From: Pseudomonadota bacterium
Lineage (GTDB): Bacteria > Pseudomonadota > Gammaproteobacteria > Burkholderiales > Burkholderiaceae_D
NCBI GenBank assembly: GCA_040758275.1
Contig: JBFLVV010000011.1
Coordinates: 6,648 to 70,647, forward strand
Direction of reading: 5' to 3'
DNA length: 64,000 nucleotides
A program made the position numbers and the translations under genes. The notes under the pieces are model-generated. The model saw only the letters and a program-made list of their open reading frames with translations. It searched no databases and was not told where the DNA came from. Positions 41,591 through 50,799 of the stretch are shown piece by piece. Every line of letters begins with the position of its first letter. Within the stretch, counting starts at the first letter, position 1.

Positions 41591-41613
41591 GGATGTTACA
41601 CCTTATCTCCGAA

Positions 41614-44001
41614 TCACTTCGCCGGCTTGAGCGTGCGCTCGAACAGCTGCCAAATGCGGCGGTACTGGTCGTACCAGGCTTCCGGCTGCACGTAGCCGTG
41701 GCGCTCCAGCGGATAGCTGGCCAGCTCCCAGTGGTCCTTCTTGAGCTCGATCAAGCGCTGGGCCATGCGCACCGAGTCCTGGTAGAACACGTTATCGTCG
41801 ATCATGCCGTGGGCGATCAAGAGATGGCCCTGCAGCTTGTCCGCGTACTCGATCGGCGACGAGATTTTGTAGGCCACCGGGTCGATGTCCGGCGTATTCA
41901 GGATGTTGGCGGTGTACTCGTGGTTGTAGGTCACCCAGTCGGTCACCGGACGCAGGGCGGCGCCGGCCTTGAAGGTCTCCGGCGCGCGCAGCAGGGCCAT
42001 GAAGGTCATGAAGCCGCCGTAGCTGCCGCCGTAGACGCCCACGTTCTTCGCATCGCCCTGGTGCTGCGCGACCATGTAGTTCACGCCGTCGATGTAGTCG
42101 ACCAGTTCCGGGTGGCCCATCTGGCGGTAGATCGCGGTGCGCCACTTGGCGCCGTAGCCCTTGGAGGCGCGGTAGTCCATGTCGAGCACGATGTAGCCGT
42201 TCTGGACCAGCAGGTTGTGGAACATCTGCTCGCGGAAGTAATTCGGGTAGCGGCGGCTGACGTTCTGCAGGTAGCCGGCGCCGTGCACGAACATCACCAC
42301 CGGGTACTTCTTGCCCGGCTCGAGCTGGGCCGGGCGGTACAGCTTGGCCCAGACCGGGTCGCCGCCGTCGCTCGAAGGCACCGCCACGTACTGCGGCTCG
42401 ATCCAGCTGCGGGCTTTATAGGCTTCGCTGCGGGTATCGGTCAGCTTCACGGCCGCGCCGCCATTGGCGGGCACGGTGGCCACCTGCACCGGGGTGTAGC
42501 TGGCGGAGTAGTGGACCAGCAGCTTGCGCTCGTCCGGCGACAGGCGGAAGCGCTCGACGCCGTCCAGGCTGGTGACTTCCTTCACGCTGCCGCCCTTGGC
42601 GTCGACGGCGCAGACTTCGTAGTCACCCGGGGTGGCGCGGTTGCACATCACCCAGGCCAGGCTGCCGTCCTGGGACCAGCGCACGTCCGACGCTTCCCAC
42701 TTGCCGCTGGTGAGGGCGCGGGGCGCAGTCGAACCAACAGCGCCATTGGCGTCTTGCGTGTACAGGTGCGAGTAGCCGCTTTCCTCGGACAGGTACCACA
42801 GGGTGCGGTTGTCCGGCAGCCAGCCGAATTCGTTGTTGTCGTAGTTGATCCAGGCCTGGTCGGTGAGGCGGTGCAGGGGTTTCAGTTTTGCGCCCTGCAG
42901 GTCGACGGTGGCGATCCAGCGGTCCTTGTTGTCGACCGAACGCAGCATGACGGCGACACTGGCGCCGTTCGCGGTCCACTCGATGGCGTCGGCGCCGTCG
43001 ATCACGCGCACGGCGCGGTTGCCTTTCAGCGGGTCCTTCTTGGCGGCGGCGCGCAGCTCGGCCAGCGGGTCGGTGCCGACGCCCGGCAGCACGTCGAAGG
43101 ACAGGTCCTGCACCCGGTTGGTGCGCAGGTCGACCAGTTTCAGGGCATGCGCCGGCGGCATGGCGCGGCCGACGCGGGTGCGTACGTCCTCGAATTCCTC
43201 GTAGCCCGATTCCGTCACGTAGCGCGGCATCTTGCCGGCCTTGCCCTTGTCGGCGCCCTTCGGTTCGGTCACCACCAGCAGCCAGCGGCCGTCGGGCGAC
43301 AGCACGGTGCTCTCGATGCTCACCTTGTCGCCCAGGTAGATCGGGCTCGGGGGCAGGGTCGGGTCGCTGCGGCGCTGCTCGTTCATGCGCTGGCGCATGG
43401 CGTCACGGTCGTCCCTCTGGCGCTTCAGGTGTGCGCTCAGCTGCAGCTGCTGCTCGCGCAGCGGATCGTCTTCGCCGGCGGCCGGGTCTTTCGCTGCGCG
43501 CGGCAGGGCGGCCGGGCCGACGATCTTGCTGGCGCGCTCCCACAGATACCAGTCGTTGCCGATGCGGTAGTGGACGCCCCGCTCGTCGGCAGTGAACTGC
43601 ATGGCGTCCAGCTTGGCCGCGCCGCGCGTGATCTGCAGCAGGGCGCCGCTCTTGAGGTCGCGTTCGAACAGGTCGCCGTTACGCAGCATCAGGGCGCGGC
43701 TGTGATCGCGGTTGTAGACGACGTCGGCGCCGTCGATCTTCGCCAGCTCGGCATCCGCTACCTGCTTCGGCTTGGCGCCCTGGGTGACCACCCAGGTGTC
43801 GCGGATCGGCGAACCGTTGCGCTTCTGCTTGTAGTACACCTGTTTGCCGTCCCAGCTGAACCAGGCGGTCTCCACCGGGGTGCCGATCCAGTCGGGATGG
43901 GACATGGCCTGGTCGAGGGTGATGGACGTGGATGCCGCCGCCGGCAGTGCCAGGGCGAGGGCCGCCGCGAAGAGGGACAGGGAAGGTGTGCGCATTGTCA
44001 T
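41614..44001 (-). CDS. Secreted S9 family (prolyl oligopeptidase / DPP IV-like) peptidase
   Basis: Signal peptide, beta-propeller repeats, HGAGYLQ, GGSYGG nucleophile, HGMIDDNV and ERHGY (Ser-Asp-His). Start 44001 or 43995. Confidence 0.92.
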   Translation of the reverse strand: MTMRTPSLSLFAAALALALPAAASTSITLDQAMSHPDWIGTPVETAWFSWDGKQVYYKQKRNGSPIRDTWVVTQGAKPKQVADAELAKIDGADVVYNRDHSRALMLRNGDLFERDLKSGALLQITRGAAKLDAMQFTADERGVHYRIGNDWYLWERASKIVGPAALPRAAKDPAAGEDDPLREQQLQLSAHLKRQRDDRDAMRQRMNEQRRSDPTLPPSPIYLGDKVSIESTVLSPDGRWLLVVTEPKGADKGKAGKMPRYVTESGYEEFEDVRTRVGRAMPPAHALKLVDLRTNRVQDLSFDVLPGVGTDPLAELRAAAKKDPLKGNRAVRVIDGADAIEWTANGASVAVMLRSVDNKDRWIATVDLQGAKLKPLHRLTDQAWINYDNNEFGWLPDNRTLWYLSEESGYSHLYTQDANGAVGSTAPRALTSGKWEASDVRWSQDGSLAWVMCNRATPGDYEVCAVDAKGGSVKEVTSLDGVERFRLSPDERKLLVHYSASYTPVQVATVPANGGAAVKLTDTRSEAYKARSWIEPQYVAVPSSDGGDPVWAKLYRPAQLEPGKKYPVVMFVHGAGYLQNVSRRYPNYFREQMFHNLLVQNGYIVLDMDYRASKGYGAKWRTAIYRQMGHPELVDYIDGVNYMVAQHQGDAKNVGVYGGSYGGFMTFMALLRAPETFKAGAALRPVTDWVTYNHEYTANILNTPDIDPVAYKISSPIEYADKLQGHLLIAHGMIDDNVFYQDSVRMAQRLIELKKDHWELASYPLERHGYVQPEAWYDQYRRIWQLFERTLKPAK

Positions 44002-44102
44002 AAAGAGCTGAGTGGAAGGGACTTTCTTGCCAGAAAAACGCGCTTGCATTCTAGCTCAGCAGGCAATGTTGCGGTGAAGCGAAACAGGGGTAAAAAACGC
44101 CC

Positions 44103-44140
44103 AAAAAAACAGCGCCGCCGTACGTACGTACAGGCGGCGC
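44103..44140 (-). terminator. Rho-independent terminator downstream of the 36-aa ORF
   Basis: GCGCCGCC-13 nt loop-GGCGGCGC (44112-44140) followed on the minus strand by TGTTTTTTT. Confidence 0.75.
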
Positions 44141-44185
44141 ATGCATATATGGGGCGCTGCTGCGGCGCAGCGTGCGGGGCGTCGA

Positions 44186-44296
44186 TCAGCCGCGGACGGC
44201 CGGCGCCCAGCCGCCGTGGGCGGCGTAGAGTTCGATCGAAAAGCTGCGCACGGCGGCGATGGCGCTGGCGACAAGACGGCGGGTAGATGCGGCCAT
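44186..44296 (-). CDS. 36-aa small protein MAASTRRLVASAIAAVRSFSIELYAAHGGWAPAVRG (below the ORF-track cutoff)
   Basis: AAGGAGAA SD 4 nt before ATG 44296, TATACT -10-like hexamer at 44343-44348 (minus), TGA at 44186-44188, and its own terminator. Confidence 0.65.
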   Translation of the reverse strand: MAASTRRLVASAIAAVRSFSIELYAAHGGWAPAVRG

Positions 44297-44507
44297 GGTG
44301 TTCTCCTTGAATACAGTAAAGTGTGTTGCGATGTTGCGTTGCAGTATAAAGACGTCCGCGTCATAAATAAACTTTCGGTTTGTGATCTCAGCGATAGATG
44401 CGGCGAATAATTGTCGACTTCTCTCGCTCGCAGATATTTACGGCGCGAATGTCTCATTGCCGCCACTGTGAATGAAAAGGGCTTGCGAGCTCGGCTGCTT
44501 TGCGGGG

Positions 44508-44523
44508 TGGTGCGAATCTTGCA
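44508..44523 (+). promoter_or_regulatory. Candidate sigma54 promoter of nasTS
   Basis: TGGTGCGAATCTTGCA has GG-N10-GC spacing. Confidence 0.5.
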
Positions 44524-44535
44524 TGTCCTTCCGGC

Positions 44536-45177
44536 ATGAAATCACCAGGCAGTGCCTCACCTTCCTTGCGCATCGTTGTCGTCAATCCCCCACTCGCGAC
44601 GGAGGAACCGGACGTCACCGCCGCCGAACAGGCGCGCCGCAGCGCCGCCCTGCGCATCGGCCTGCTCGAATGCGGCTACGACCTGGTGGCCTCGCTGCCG
44701 GCCGACGCCTGGCTTGCGGAGCGCATCGGCCAGCTGCAGCCGGACATGATCATCGTCGACAGCGCCTCCAGCGCGCGCGACATCCTCGAGCACATCGTCA
44801 TCGCCACCATGGATGCGCGTCGCCCTATCGTGCTGTTCACCGAAGACGACACGCCAGGCAGCATGGACGCGGCCCTGGATGCCGGCGTTTCGGCCTATAT
44901 CGTGGCCGGGCTGCAGGCCGAGCGGGTCAAGCCGGTGCTCGATGTGGCGCTGGCGCGCTTCCGGCGCGAGCAGAAGCTGCTCGAGGAACTGGAAGGCACG
45001 CGCCAGAAGCTGGCCGAACGCAAGCTGGTCGACCGCGCCAAGGGTCTCCTGATGGCGCGCTACCGGCTGAGCGAAGAACAGGCCTACCAGCGCCTGCGCA
45101 GCATGGCGATGAACAAGAACATGAAGCTGGCCGAGATCGCGCAGCGGCTGATCGACGTGGAAGACCTGCTCGGCTAG
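44536..45177 (+). CDS. nasT: ANTAR-domain antiterminator (pseudo-receiver plus ANTAR)
   Basis: QPDMIIVD, RPIVLFTED, GVSAYIVAG and LAERKLVDRAKGLLM...EEQAYQRLRSMAMNKNMKL. Confidence 0.92.
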   Translation: MKSPGSASPSLRIVVVNPPLATEEPDVTAAEQARRSAALRIGLLECGYDLVASLPADAWLAERIGQLQPDMIIVDSASSARDILEHIVIATMDARRPIVLFTEDDTPGSMDAALDAGVSAYIVAGLQAERVKPVLDVALARFRREQKLLEELEGTRQKLAERKLVDRAKGLLMARYRLSEEQAYQRLRSMAMNKNMKLAEIAQRLIDVEDLLG

Positions 45178-45203
45178 CGCCGGCGGATGGATAAAGGATC
45201 ACT

Positions 45204-46340
45204 ATGGCAGTCTTTCAGGACGGCGGCGCGTGGCTCGCCGGCTCGGACAAACCGGAAGTTCGCACGGTGCGGATCGGCTTCATGCCGCTCGCCGATTGTG
45301 CGCCTGTGGTGATGGCGTCGGTGCTCGGCTTCGACGAGAAGCACGGGCTGCGCTTTCAACTCAGCCGCGAACTGTCCTGGACCGGCATGCGCGACCGCCT
45401 GCTGGCGGGTGAGCTCGATGCGGCCCACGTGCTGCACGGCCTGCTGGCCGGCCTGCAGATGGGGATCGGCACCCGGCCGCGCCAGATGGCGGTCCTGATG
45501 AACCTGAACCAGAACGGGCAGGGCATCACGCTCTCGCGCGTGCTTTCGCAGCAGGGGCTGAAGAGCGCGGCGCGGCGCCTGCGCTTCGCCCACACCTTCC
45601 CGACCGGGAACCATGCGATGTTCCTTTACTACTGGCTGGCGGCGCAGGGCATCGACCCGCTGGCGGACTGCGACATGGTGACGGTCCCGCCGGGCCAGAT
45701 GGCGGCCAGCCTGGCGGCCGGCCACATCGACGGCTTCTGCGCGGGCGAACCCTGGGGCCAGCGCGCCGTGCGCGAGGGTCTGGGCGCGCTGGCGGCCTCC
45801 AGCGACGCCATCTGGCCGGACCATCCGGGCAAGGTGCTCGGCACGAGCGCGGATTTCGCGGCCGCGCATCCGCACACCTGCCGCGCGATGATCGCGGCCC
45901 TGCTGGACACGGCGCGCTGGCTGGATGCGTCGCGCCTGAACCGCGAAGCGGCGGCCGAGGTGCTGTCCAGTCCCGGCTACGTGAACGCGGACCGCGGGCT
46001 GCTCCAGGTCTGCCTGACTGGACGCGGCAGCGACCCGGTGAACGTCCGTGGCCACAACGGCCTGCGCTTCTTCGGCGGCGGCGAGGCCACTTTTCCCTGG
46101 CTGTCCGACAGCATGTGGTTCCTGACCCAGCAGCGGCGCTGGGGGCTGCTTCGCACCGATCCGCACTGGCGGAGGGTAGCCGCGGAGCTCAACCGCATCG
46201 ACCTGTACCGCGATGCCGCCGCCCAGGCAGGTGTCGACGTCCCCGCTGCCGATACGCGCAGCTCGACCCTGCTCGACGGGCGCGTGTGGGACGGCAGCAA
46301 CCCCGAAGCCTACCTCGCCTCATTCGAGGGCGCGGCTTGA
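45204..46340 (+). CDS. nasS: Cytoplasmic nitrate sensor, NrtA/CmpA-like binding protein
   Basis: PEVRTVRIGFMPLADCAP, DGFCAGEPWG, WPDHPGKVL and SDSMWFLTQ..RWG. No signal peptide; follows nasT. Confidence 0.9.
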   Translation: MAVFQDGGAWLAGSDKPEVRTVRIGFMPLADCAPVVMASVLGFDEKHGLRFQLSRELSWTGMRDRLLAGELDAAHVLHGLLAGLQMGIGTRPRQMAVLMNLNQNGQGITLSRVLSQQGLKSAARRLRFAHTFPTGNHAMFLYYWLAAQGIDPLADCDMVTVPPGQMAASLAAGHIDGFCAGEPWGQRAVREGLGALAASSDAIWPDHPGKVLGTSADFAAAHPHTCRAMIAALLDTARWLDASRLNREAAAEVLSSPGYVNADRGLLQVCLTGRGSDPVNVRGHNGLRFFGGGEATFPWLSDSMWFLTQQRRWGLLRTDPHWRRVAAELNRIDLYRDAAAQAGVDVPAADTRSSTLLDGRVWDGSNPEAYLASFEGAA

Positions 46341-46355
46341 AGCGGTGCGCCCGCA

Positions 46356-46392
46356 TGCATCATTCGCGGGCATGTTGCACCGCAATGTAGCG
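46356..46392. promoter_or_regulatory. Tandem candidate NtrC sites
   Basis: TGCATCATTCGCGGGCA (46356-46372) and TGCACCGCAATGTAGCG (46376-46392) resemble TGCACCA-N3-TGGTGCA; they lie upstream of a sigma54 promoter. Confidence 0.55.
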
Positions 46393-46434
46393 CGCCGCGG
46401 GCGATCGACGCTGCGCTTCCCTCTGGCGCTGGCG

Positions 46435-46450
46435 TGGCACGGCTCTTGCT
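46435..46450 (+). promoter_or_regulatory. Sigma54 promoter of the nitrate assimilation operon
   Basis: TGGCAC-GGCTC-TTGCT matches the -24/-12 consensus exactly. Confidence 0.85.
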
Positions 46451-46463
46451 TATAGAGGGTACG

Positions 46464-46583
46464 GGGTCAATGGCGATCCTCTTCATACTTTCGCCGGTCT
46501 AACGAAGGACCGGCAACCAGGACAACGGCGTCCGCGGCTACCTGCTTCATTCACGAGCAGGAGCGCGGACGCCGTTTTGTTTT
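46464..46583 (+). promoter_or_regulatory. ANTAR-responsive leader RNA: hexaloop hairpins plus an overlapping terminator
   Basis: GGGTC-AATGGC-GATCC; GCCGGTCT-AACGAA-GGACCGGC; GGAC-AACGGC-GTCC (all loops A1/G4). Terminator AACGGCGTCCGCG (46524-46536) pairs with CGCGGACGCCGTT (46564-46576), then TTGTTTT. Confidence 0.85.
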
Positions 46584-46597
46584 CCAAAGGAAGAAAC

Positions 46598-47893
46598 ATG
46601 GCCAGCAAAGCGGACAGCATCAAGCTTCTCTCTTTCGACACGGCGCCGATGCGCGCCTTCCACCTGACCTGGGTGGCCTTCTTCATCTGCTTCTTCGCCT
46701 GGTTCGCCTGCGCACCGCTCATGCCGGTGATCAAAGGCGAATTCGGCCTCTCGATGGAGCAGGTCGCCAACATCAATATCGCGGCCGTCGCCATCACCAT
46801 CTTCGTGCGCCTCATCGTCGGCCCGCTGTGCGACCGCTACGGCCCGCGCAAGACCTATACCGGCCTGCTGCTGCTCGGCGCCATTCCCGTGCTGGGCGTG
46901 GCCATGGCGCAGAGCTACGAAAGCTTCCTGCTGTTCCGCCTCGGGATCGGCGCCGTGGGCGCCAGCTTCGTCATCACCCAGTACCATACCTCGGTGATGT
47001 TCGGCCCGAAGGTGGTCGGCACCGCCAACGCGGCGGCGGCCGGCTGGGGCAACAGCGGCGGCGGCGCCGCCCAGGCCCTGATGCCGCTGCTGCTGACAAG
47101 CCTCACCATGCTGGGCGTCTCGCAAGCCCTGAGCTGGCGCGTGGCCCTGGTGGTGCCGGGCCTGATGATGATCGTGATGGCCTTCTTCTACTGGCGCTAC
47201 ACCCAGGATTGCCCGGCCGGTAACTACGACGACTTGCGTGCGCAAGGCGACCTTCCCCAGGGCGGCAAGGGCGGATGGGCGAGCTTCCGCGAGGCCTGCC
47301 GCAACCACCGCGCCTGGCTGCTCTTCGTCACCTACGGCGCTTGCTTCGGCATCGAGATCTTCATCCACAACATCGCGGCCGTGTACTACGTCGACAAGTA
47401 CGGTCTCTCGCTGGGCGCCGCGGGCCTGGCGGCCGGCAGCTTCGGCCTGCTGGCCCTGTTCGCCCGCGCCCTGGGCGGCTGGTTGTCGGACCGCAGCGCA
47501 CGCAAGGGAAGCCTGAACAGCCGCGTCACCGTGCTCTTCGTCCTGATGATCGGCGAGGGCCTGGGCTTGCTGTGGTTCGCCCAGGCCGACGGCGTGGCCT
47601 TCGCCGTGATCGCCATGCTCTGCTTCGGCCTCTTCACCCACATGGCCTGCGGCGCCACCTATGCGCTGGTGCCCTTTGTCGCACCGAAGGCGCTGGGCGG
47701 CGTTGCCGGCATCGTCGGCGCGGGCGGCAATGTCGGCGCCGTGCTGGCCGGCTTCCTGATGAAGGGCACGGGCGACATCGCCCAGACCCTCACCATCCTG
47801 AGCGTGCTGGTGCTGGTCTCGAGCCTGTGCGCCATCGCCGCCCGTTTCACCATCACTGCAGCGCAGGACGCGCCGCTCGCAACAGCCGCATAA
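46598..47893 (+). CDS. NarK/NasA family nitrate/nitrite MFS transporter
   Basis: MRAFHLTWVAFFICFFAWFA, FVITQYHTSVMF...GTANAAAAGWGNSGGG nitrate signature, and ACGATYALVPF. Confidence 0.92.
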   Translation: MASKADSIKLLSFDTAPMRAFHLTWVAFFICFFAWFACAPLMPVIKGEFGLSMEQVANINIAAVAITIFVRLIVGPLCDRYGPRKTYTGLLLLGAIPVLGVAMAQSYESFLLFRLGIGAVGASFVITQYHTSVMFGPKVVGTANAAAAGWGNSGGGAAQALMPLLLTSLTMLGVSQALSWRVALVVPGLMMIVMAFFYWRYTQDCPAGNYDDLRAQGDLPQGGKGGWASFREACRNHRAWLLFVTYGACFGIEIFIHNIAAVYYVDKYGLSLGAAGLAAGSFGLLALFARALGGWLSDRSARKGSLNSRVTVLFVLMIGEGLGLLWFAQADGVAFAVIAMLCFGLFTHMACGATYALVPFVAPKALGGVAGIVGAGGNVGAVLAGFLMKGTGDIAQTLTILSVLVLVSSLCAIAARFTITAAQDAPLATAA

Positions 47894-47903
47894 GGAGTTC
47901 GCA

Positions 47904-50438
47904 ATGCATATCGTCGTCATCGGCCACGGCATGGTGGGCCATAAATTCGTCGAGACCCTGCTGGCAGCGGGCACGCCCGGCCTGCGGGTCACCATCCTCG
48001 GGGAGGAGCCGCGTCCCGCCTACGACAGGGTCCACCTGTCCGAATTCTTCAGCGGGAAGAGCGCCGAAGACCTGTCGCTCGTCGCGTCCGGCTTCTTCGA
48101 GCGCGACGATGCGCTGCTGCGGCTGAATGCCCGCGTGACCGGGATCGACCGCGAGGCGCGCACCGTGACCTTGGGCCACGGAGAAACCGTCGCCTACGAC
48201 AAACTGGTGCTGGCCACCGGCTCTTACCCCTTTGTGCCGCCCGTACCGGGCGCCGATCGCAAGGACTGCTTCGTCTACCGCACCATCGAAGACCTGGAGG
48301 CGATGCAGGAGTGTGGGGCGCGTTCGAAAACGGGCGTGGTGGTCGGCGGCGGCCTGCTGGGGCTCGAATGCGCCAAGGCGCTGCGCGACCTCGGCCTGCA
48401 GACCCACGTCGTCGAGTTCGCGCCGCGCCTGATGGCGGTGCAGGTCGACGAGCCAGGCGCGCGCGTCCTGCGCAACAAGATCGAGGAGCTGGGCGTGCAG
48501 GTGCATACCCAGAAGAACACCCTGGCCATCGTCGACGGCGAAGCGGGCACGCACCGCATGCAGTTCGCCGACGGTTCGCACCTGGAGGCGGACATGATCG
48601 TGTTCTCGGCCGGGATCCGTCCGCGCGACGAGCTGGCGCGCTACAGTGGCCTGGCGCTGGGCCAGCGTGGCGGCATCGTGATCGACGACCGCTGCCTGAC
48701 GTCCGACCCGAACATCTATGCCATCGGCGAGTGCGCGCTATGGAACGGCCAGCTGTTCGGACTGGTGGCGCCGGGCTATGACATGGCGCGTACGGCGGCT
48801 CGCCATATCCTGCTTGAGGAGGGCGCATTCACCGGCGCCGACATGAGCACCAAGCTCAAGCTGATGGGCGTGGACGTGGCCAGCATCGGCGACGCGCACG
48901 GCGCGACGAAGGGCGCGCGCAGCTACCAGTTCCTGGATGAGCGCAAGCAGGTCTACCGCAAGATCGTGACCTCCGATTGCGGCCAGTACCTGCTCGGCGC
49001 CGTGCTGGTCGGCGACGCCTCGCCCTACGGCGAGCTGCTGCAGATGATGCTGAACCGGATCGCGCTGCCGGCCTCGCCGGAAGTCCTGATCCTGCCGCAG
49101 CTCGACGGCGCGGCGCGTCCGGCGCTCGGCGTGGACGCCTTGCCCGCCAGTGCCCAGATCTGCTCGTGCAACGACGTGTCCAAGGGCGCGCTGTGCGAAG
49201 CGGTGGCGGGTGGCGCCAGTTCGATCGGCGCCCTGAAAAGCTGTACGAAGGCCGGCACCGCCTGCGGCGGCTGCGTGCCCCTGATGACCCAGGTGATGAA
49301 CGCCGAGCTGTCGCGCCTGGGCGTGGCGGTCAACGACCACCTGTGCGAACACTTTGCCTGCTCGCGCCAGGAGCTCTACCACATCGTACGCGTCGAGGGC
49401 ATCCGCAGCTTCGGCGAACTGCTGGCGAAGCATGGCAAGGGCCTCGGCTGCGATATCTGCAAGCCGGTGGCCGCAAATATCCTTGCATCCGCCTGGAACG
49501 ACTTCGTCCTGAAACCCGAACACGCCAGCCTGCAGGATTCGAACGACTACTTCCTCGGCAACATCCAGAAGGACGGCACCTATTCCGTGGTGCCGCGCAT
49601 GCCGGGCGGCGAGGTGACGGCGGACGGCCTGATCGCAGTCGGCCAGGTGGCCAAGAAGTATGGCTTGTACACCAAGATCACGGGCGGCCAGCGGGTCGAC
49701 CTGTTCGGCGCGCGCCTGGAGCAGCTGCCGCAGATCTGGGAAGAGCTGATCGCCGCCGGCTTCGAGTCCGGCCACGCCTACGGCAAGTCGCTGCGCACCG
49801 TGAAATCCTGCGTCGGTTCGACCTGGTGCCGCTATGGCGTGGGCGACAGCGTGGGCTTCGCGATCGCGCTGGAGAACCGCTACAAGGGCCTGCGCGCGCC
49901 GCACAAGATCAAGTTCGGCGTGTCCGGCTGCACCCGCGAGTGCGCCGAGGCGCAGGGCAAGGACGTGGGCCTGATCGCTACCGACAAGGGCTGGAATCTC
50001 TACGTCTGCGGTAACGGCGGCATGAAGCCGCGCCATGCGGAACTGATCGCTTCGAACCTCGACGAAGCGGCGGTGGTGAAGCTGGTCGACCGCTTCCTGA
50101 TGTTCTACGTGCGCACCGCCGGCCGCCTGCAGCGCACCAGCGTCTGGCGCGAGAACCTGGAGGGCGGGCTGGATTACCTGAAGCAGGTAGTGGTGGAGGA
50201 CAAGCTGGGCATCGCGCAGGAACTCGAGGCGCAAATGCAGCACGTGGTCGACACCTATGCCTGCGAATGGAAGGAGGCCGTCAGCAATCCCGCGGTGCGG
50301 CGCCGCTTCCGCCACTTCGTCAACAGCGAAGCGGCGGACAGCAATGTCGTGTTCGTGCCGGAGCGCGGCCAGATCCGCCCGGCCAATCTTGACGAGCGAC
50401 GCGGACGCGTCATCCCGATTGCCGCCAGCGCGGCCTGA
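47904..50438 (+). CDS. nirB: NADH-dependent nitrite reductase large subunit
   Basis: GHGMVG, GGGLLGLE, CSCN/CGGC and CEHF/CDICKP BFD motifs, KSCVGSTWC and SGCTRECAE siroheme/Fe-S ligands. Confidence 0.96.
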   Translation: MHIVVIGHGMVGHKFVETLLAAGTPGLRVTILGEEPRPAYDRVHLSEFFSGKSAEDLSLVASGFFERDDALLRLNARVTGIDREARTVTLGHGETVAYDKLVLATGSYPFVPPVPGADRKDCFVYRTIEDLEAMQECGARSKTGVVVGGGLLGLECAKALRDLGLQTHVVEFAPRLMAVQVDEPGARVLRNKIEELGVQVHTQKNTLAIVDGEAGTHRMQFADGSHLEADMIVFSAGIRPRDELARYSGLALGQRGGIVIDDRCLTSDPNIYAIGECALWNGQLFGLVAPGYDMARTAARHILLEEGAFTGADMSTKLKLMGVDVASIGDAHGATKGARSYQFLDERKQVYRKIVTSDCGQYLLGAVLVGDASPYGELLQMMLNRIALPASPEVLILPQLDGAARPALGVDALPASAQICSCNDVSKGALCEAVAGGASSIGALKSCTKAGTACGGCVPLMTQVMNAELSRLGVAVNDHLCEHFACSRQELYHIVRVEGIRSFGELLAKHGKGLGCDICKPVAANILASAWNDFVLKPEHASLQDSNDYFLGNIQKDGTYSVVPRMPGGEVTADGLIAVGQVAKKYGLYTKITGGQRVDLFGARLEQLPQIWEELIAAGFESGHAYGKSLRTVKSCVGSTWCRYGVGDSVGFAIALENRYKGLRAPHKIKFGVSGCTRECAEAQGKDVGLIATDKGWNLYVCGNGGMKPRHAELIASNLDEAAVVKLVDRFLMFYVRTAGRLQRTSVWRENLEGGLDYLKQVVVEDKLGIAQELEAQMQHVVDTYACEWKEAVSNPAVRRRFRHFVNSEAADSNVVFVPERGQIRPANLDERRGRVIPIAASAA

Positions 50439-50451
50439 ACAGGAGCCCATC

Positions 50452-50799
50452 ATGCAACGAGACCTGCAACTTCAACACTGGACCGCTGTCTGCGCCATCG
50501 ACGAGATCGTACCCGACACCGGCGTCTGCGCGCTGCTGAACGATCGCCAGGTGGCGATCTTCCGCGTCGGGGTGGAAGAGCCGCGCGTGTTCGCCATCGA
50601 TAACTTCGACCCCAACGCCGGGGCGGCGGTCCTGTCGCGCGGCCTGGTCGGCAGCATTGGCGAGCGCATCGTGGTCGCTTCGCCCATCTACAAGCAGCAC
50701 TTCGACCTGCACAGCGGCGAATGCCTGGAAGCGCCCGAGCATTCGGTGGCCAGCTATCCGGCCCGCGTGGAAGGAGGCAAGGTATGGATCGCCCCGTGA
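50452..50799 (+). CDS. nirD: Nitrite reductase small subunit
   Basis: AIDNFDP..GAAVLSRGLVG and VVASPIYKQHFDLHSGECLE. SD AGGAG upstream. Confidence 0.94.
   Translation: MQRDLQLQHWTAVCAIDEIVPDTGVCALLNDRQVAIFRVGVEEPRVFAIDNFDPNAGAAVLSRGLVGSIGERIVVASPIYKQHFDLHSGECLEAPEHSVASYPARVEGGKVWIAP

Noticed and set aside
41350-44286. 978-aa plus-strand ORF, and similar long antisense ORFs (54941-58273, 51722-54706, 59772-62444, 33356-35755)
   Set aside because: Shadows of real genes on the opposite strand, expected at high GC3; no recognisable motifs.
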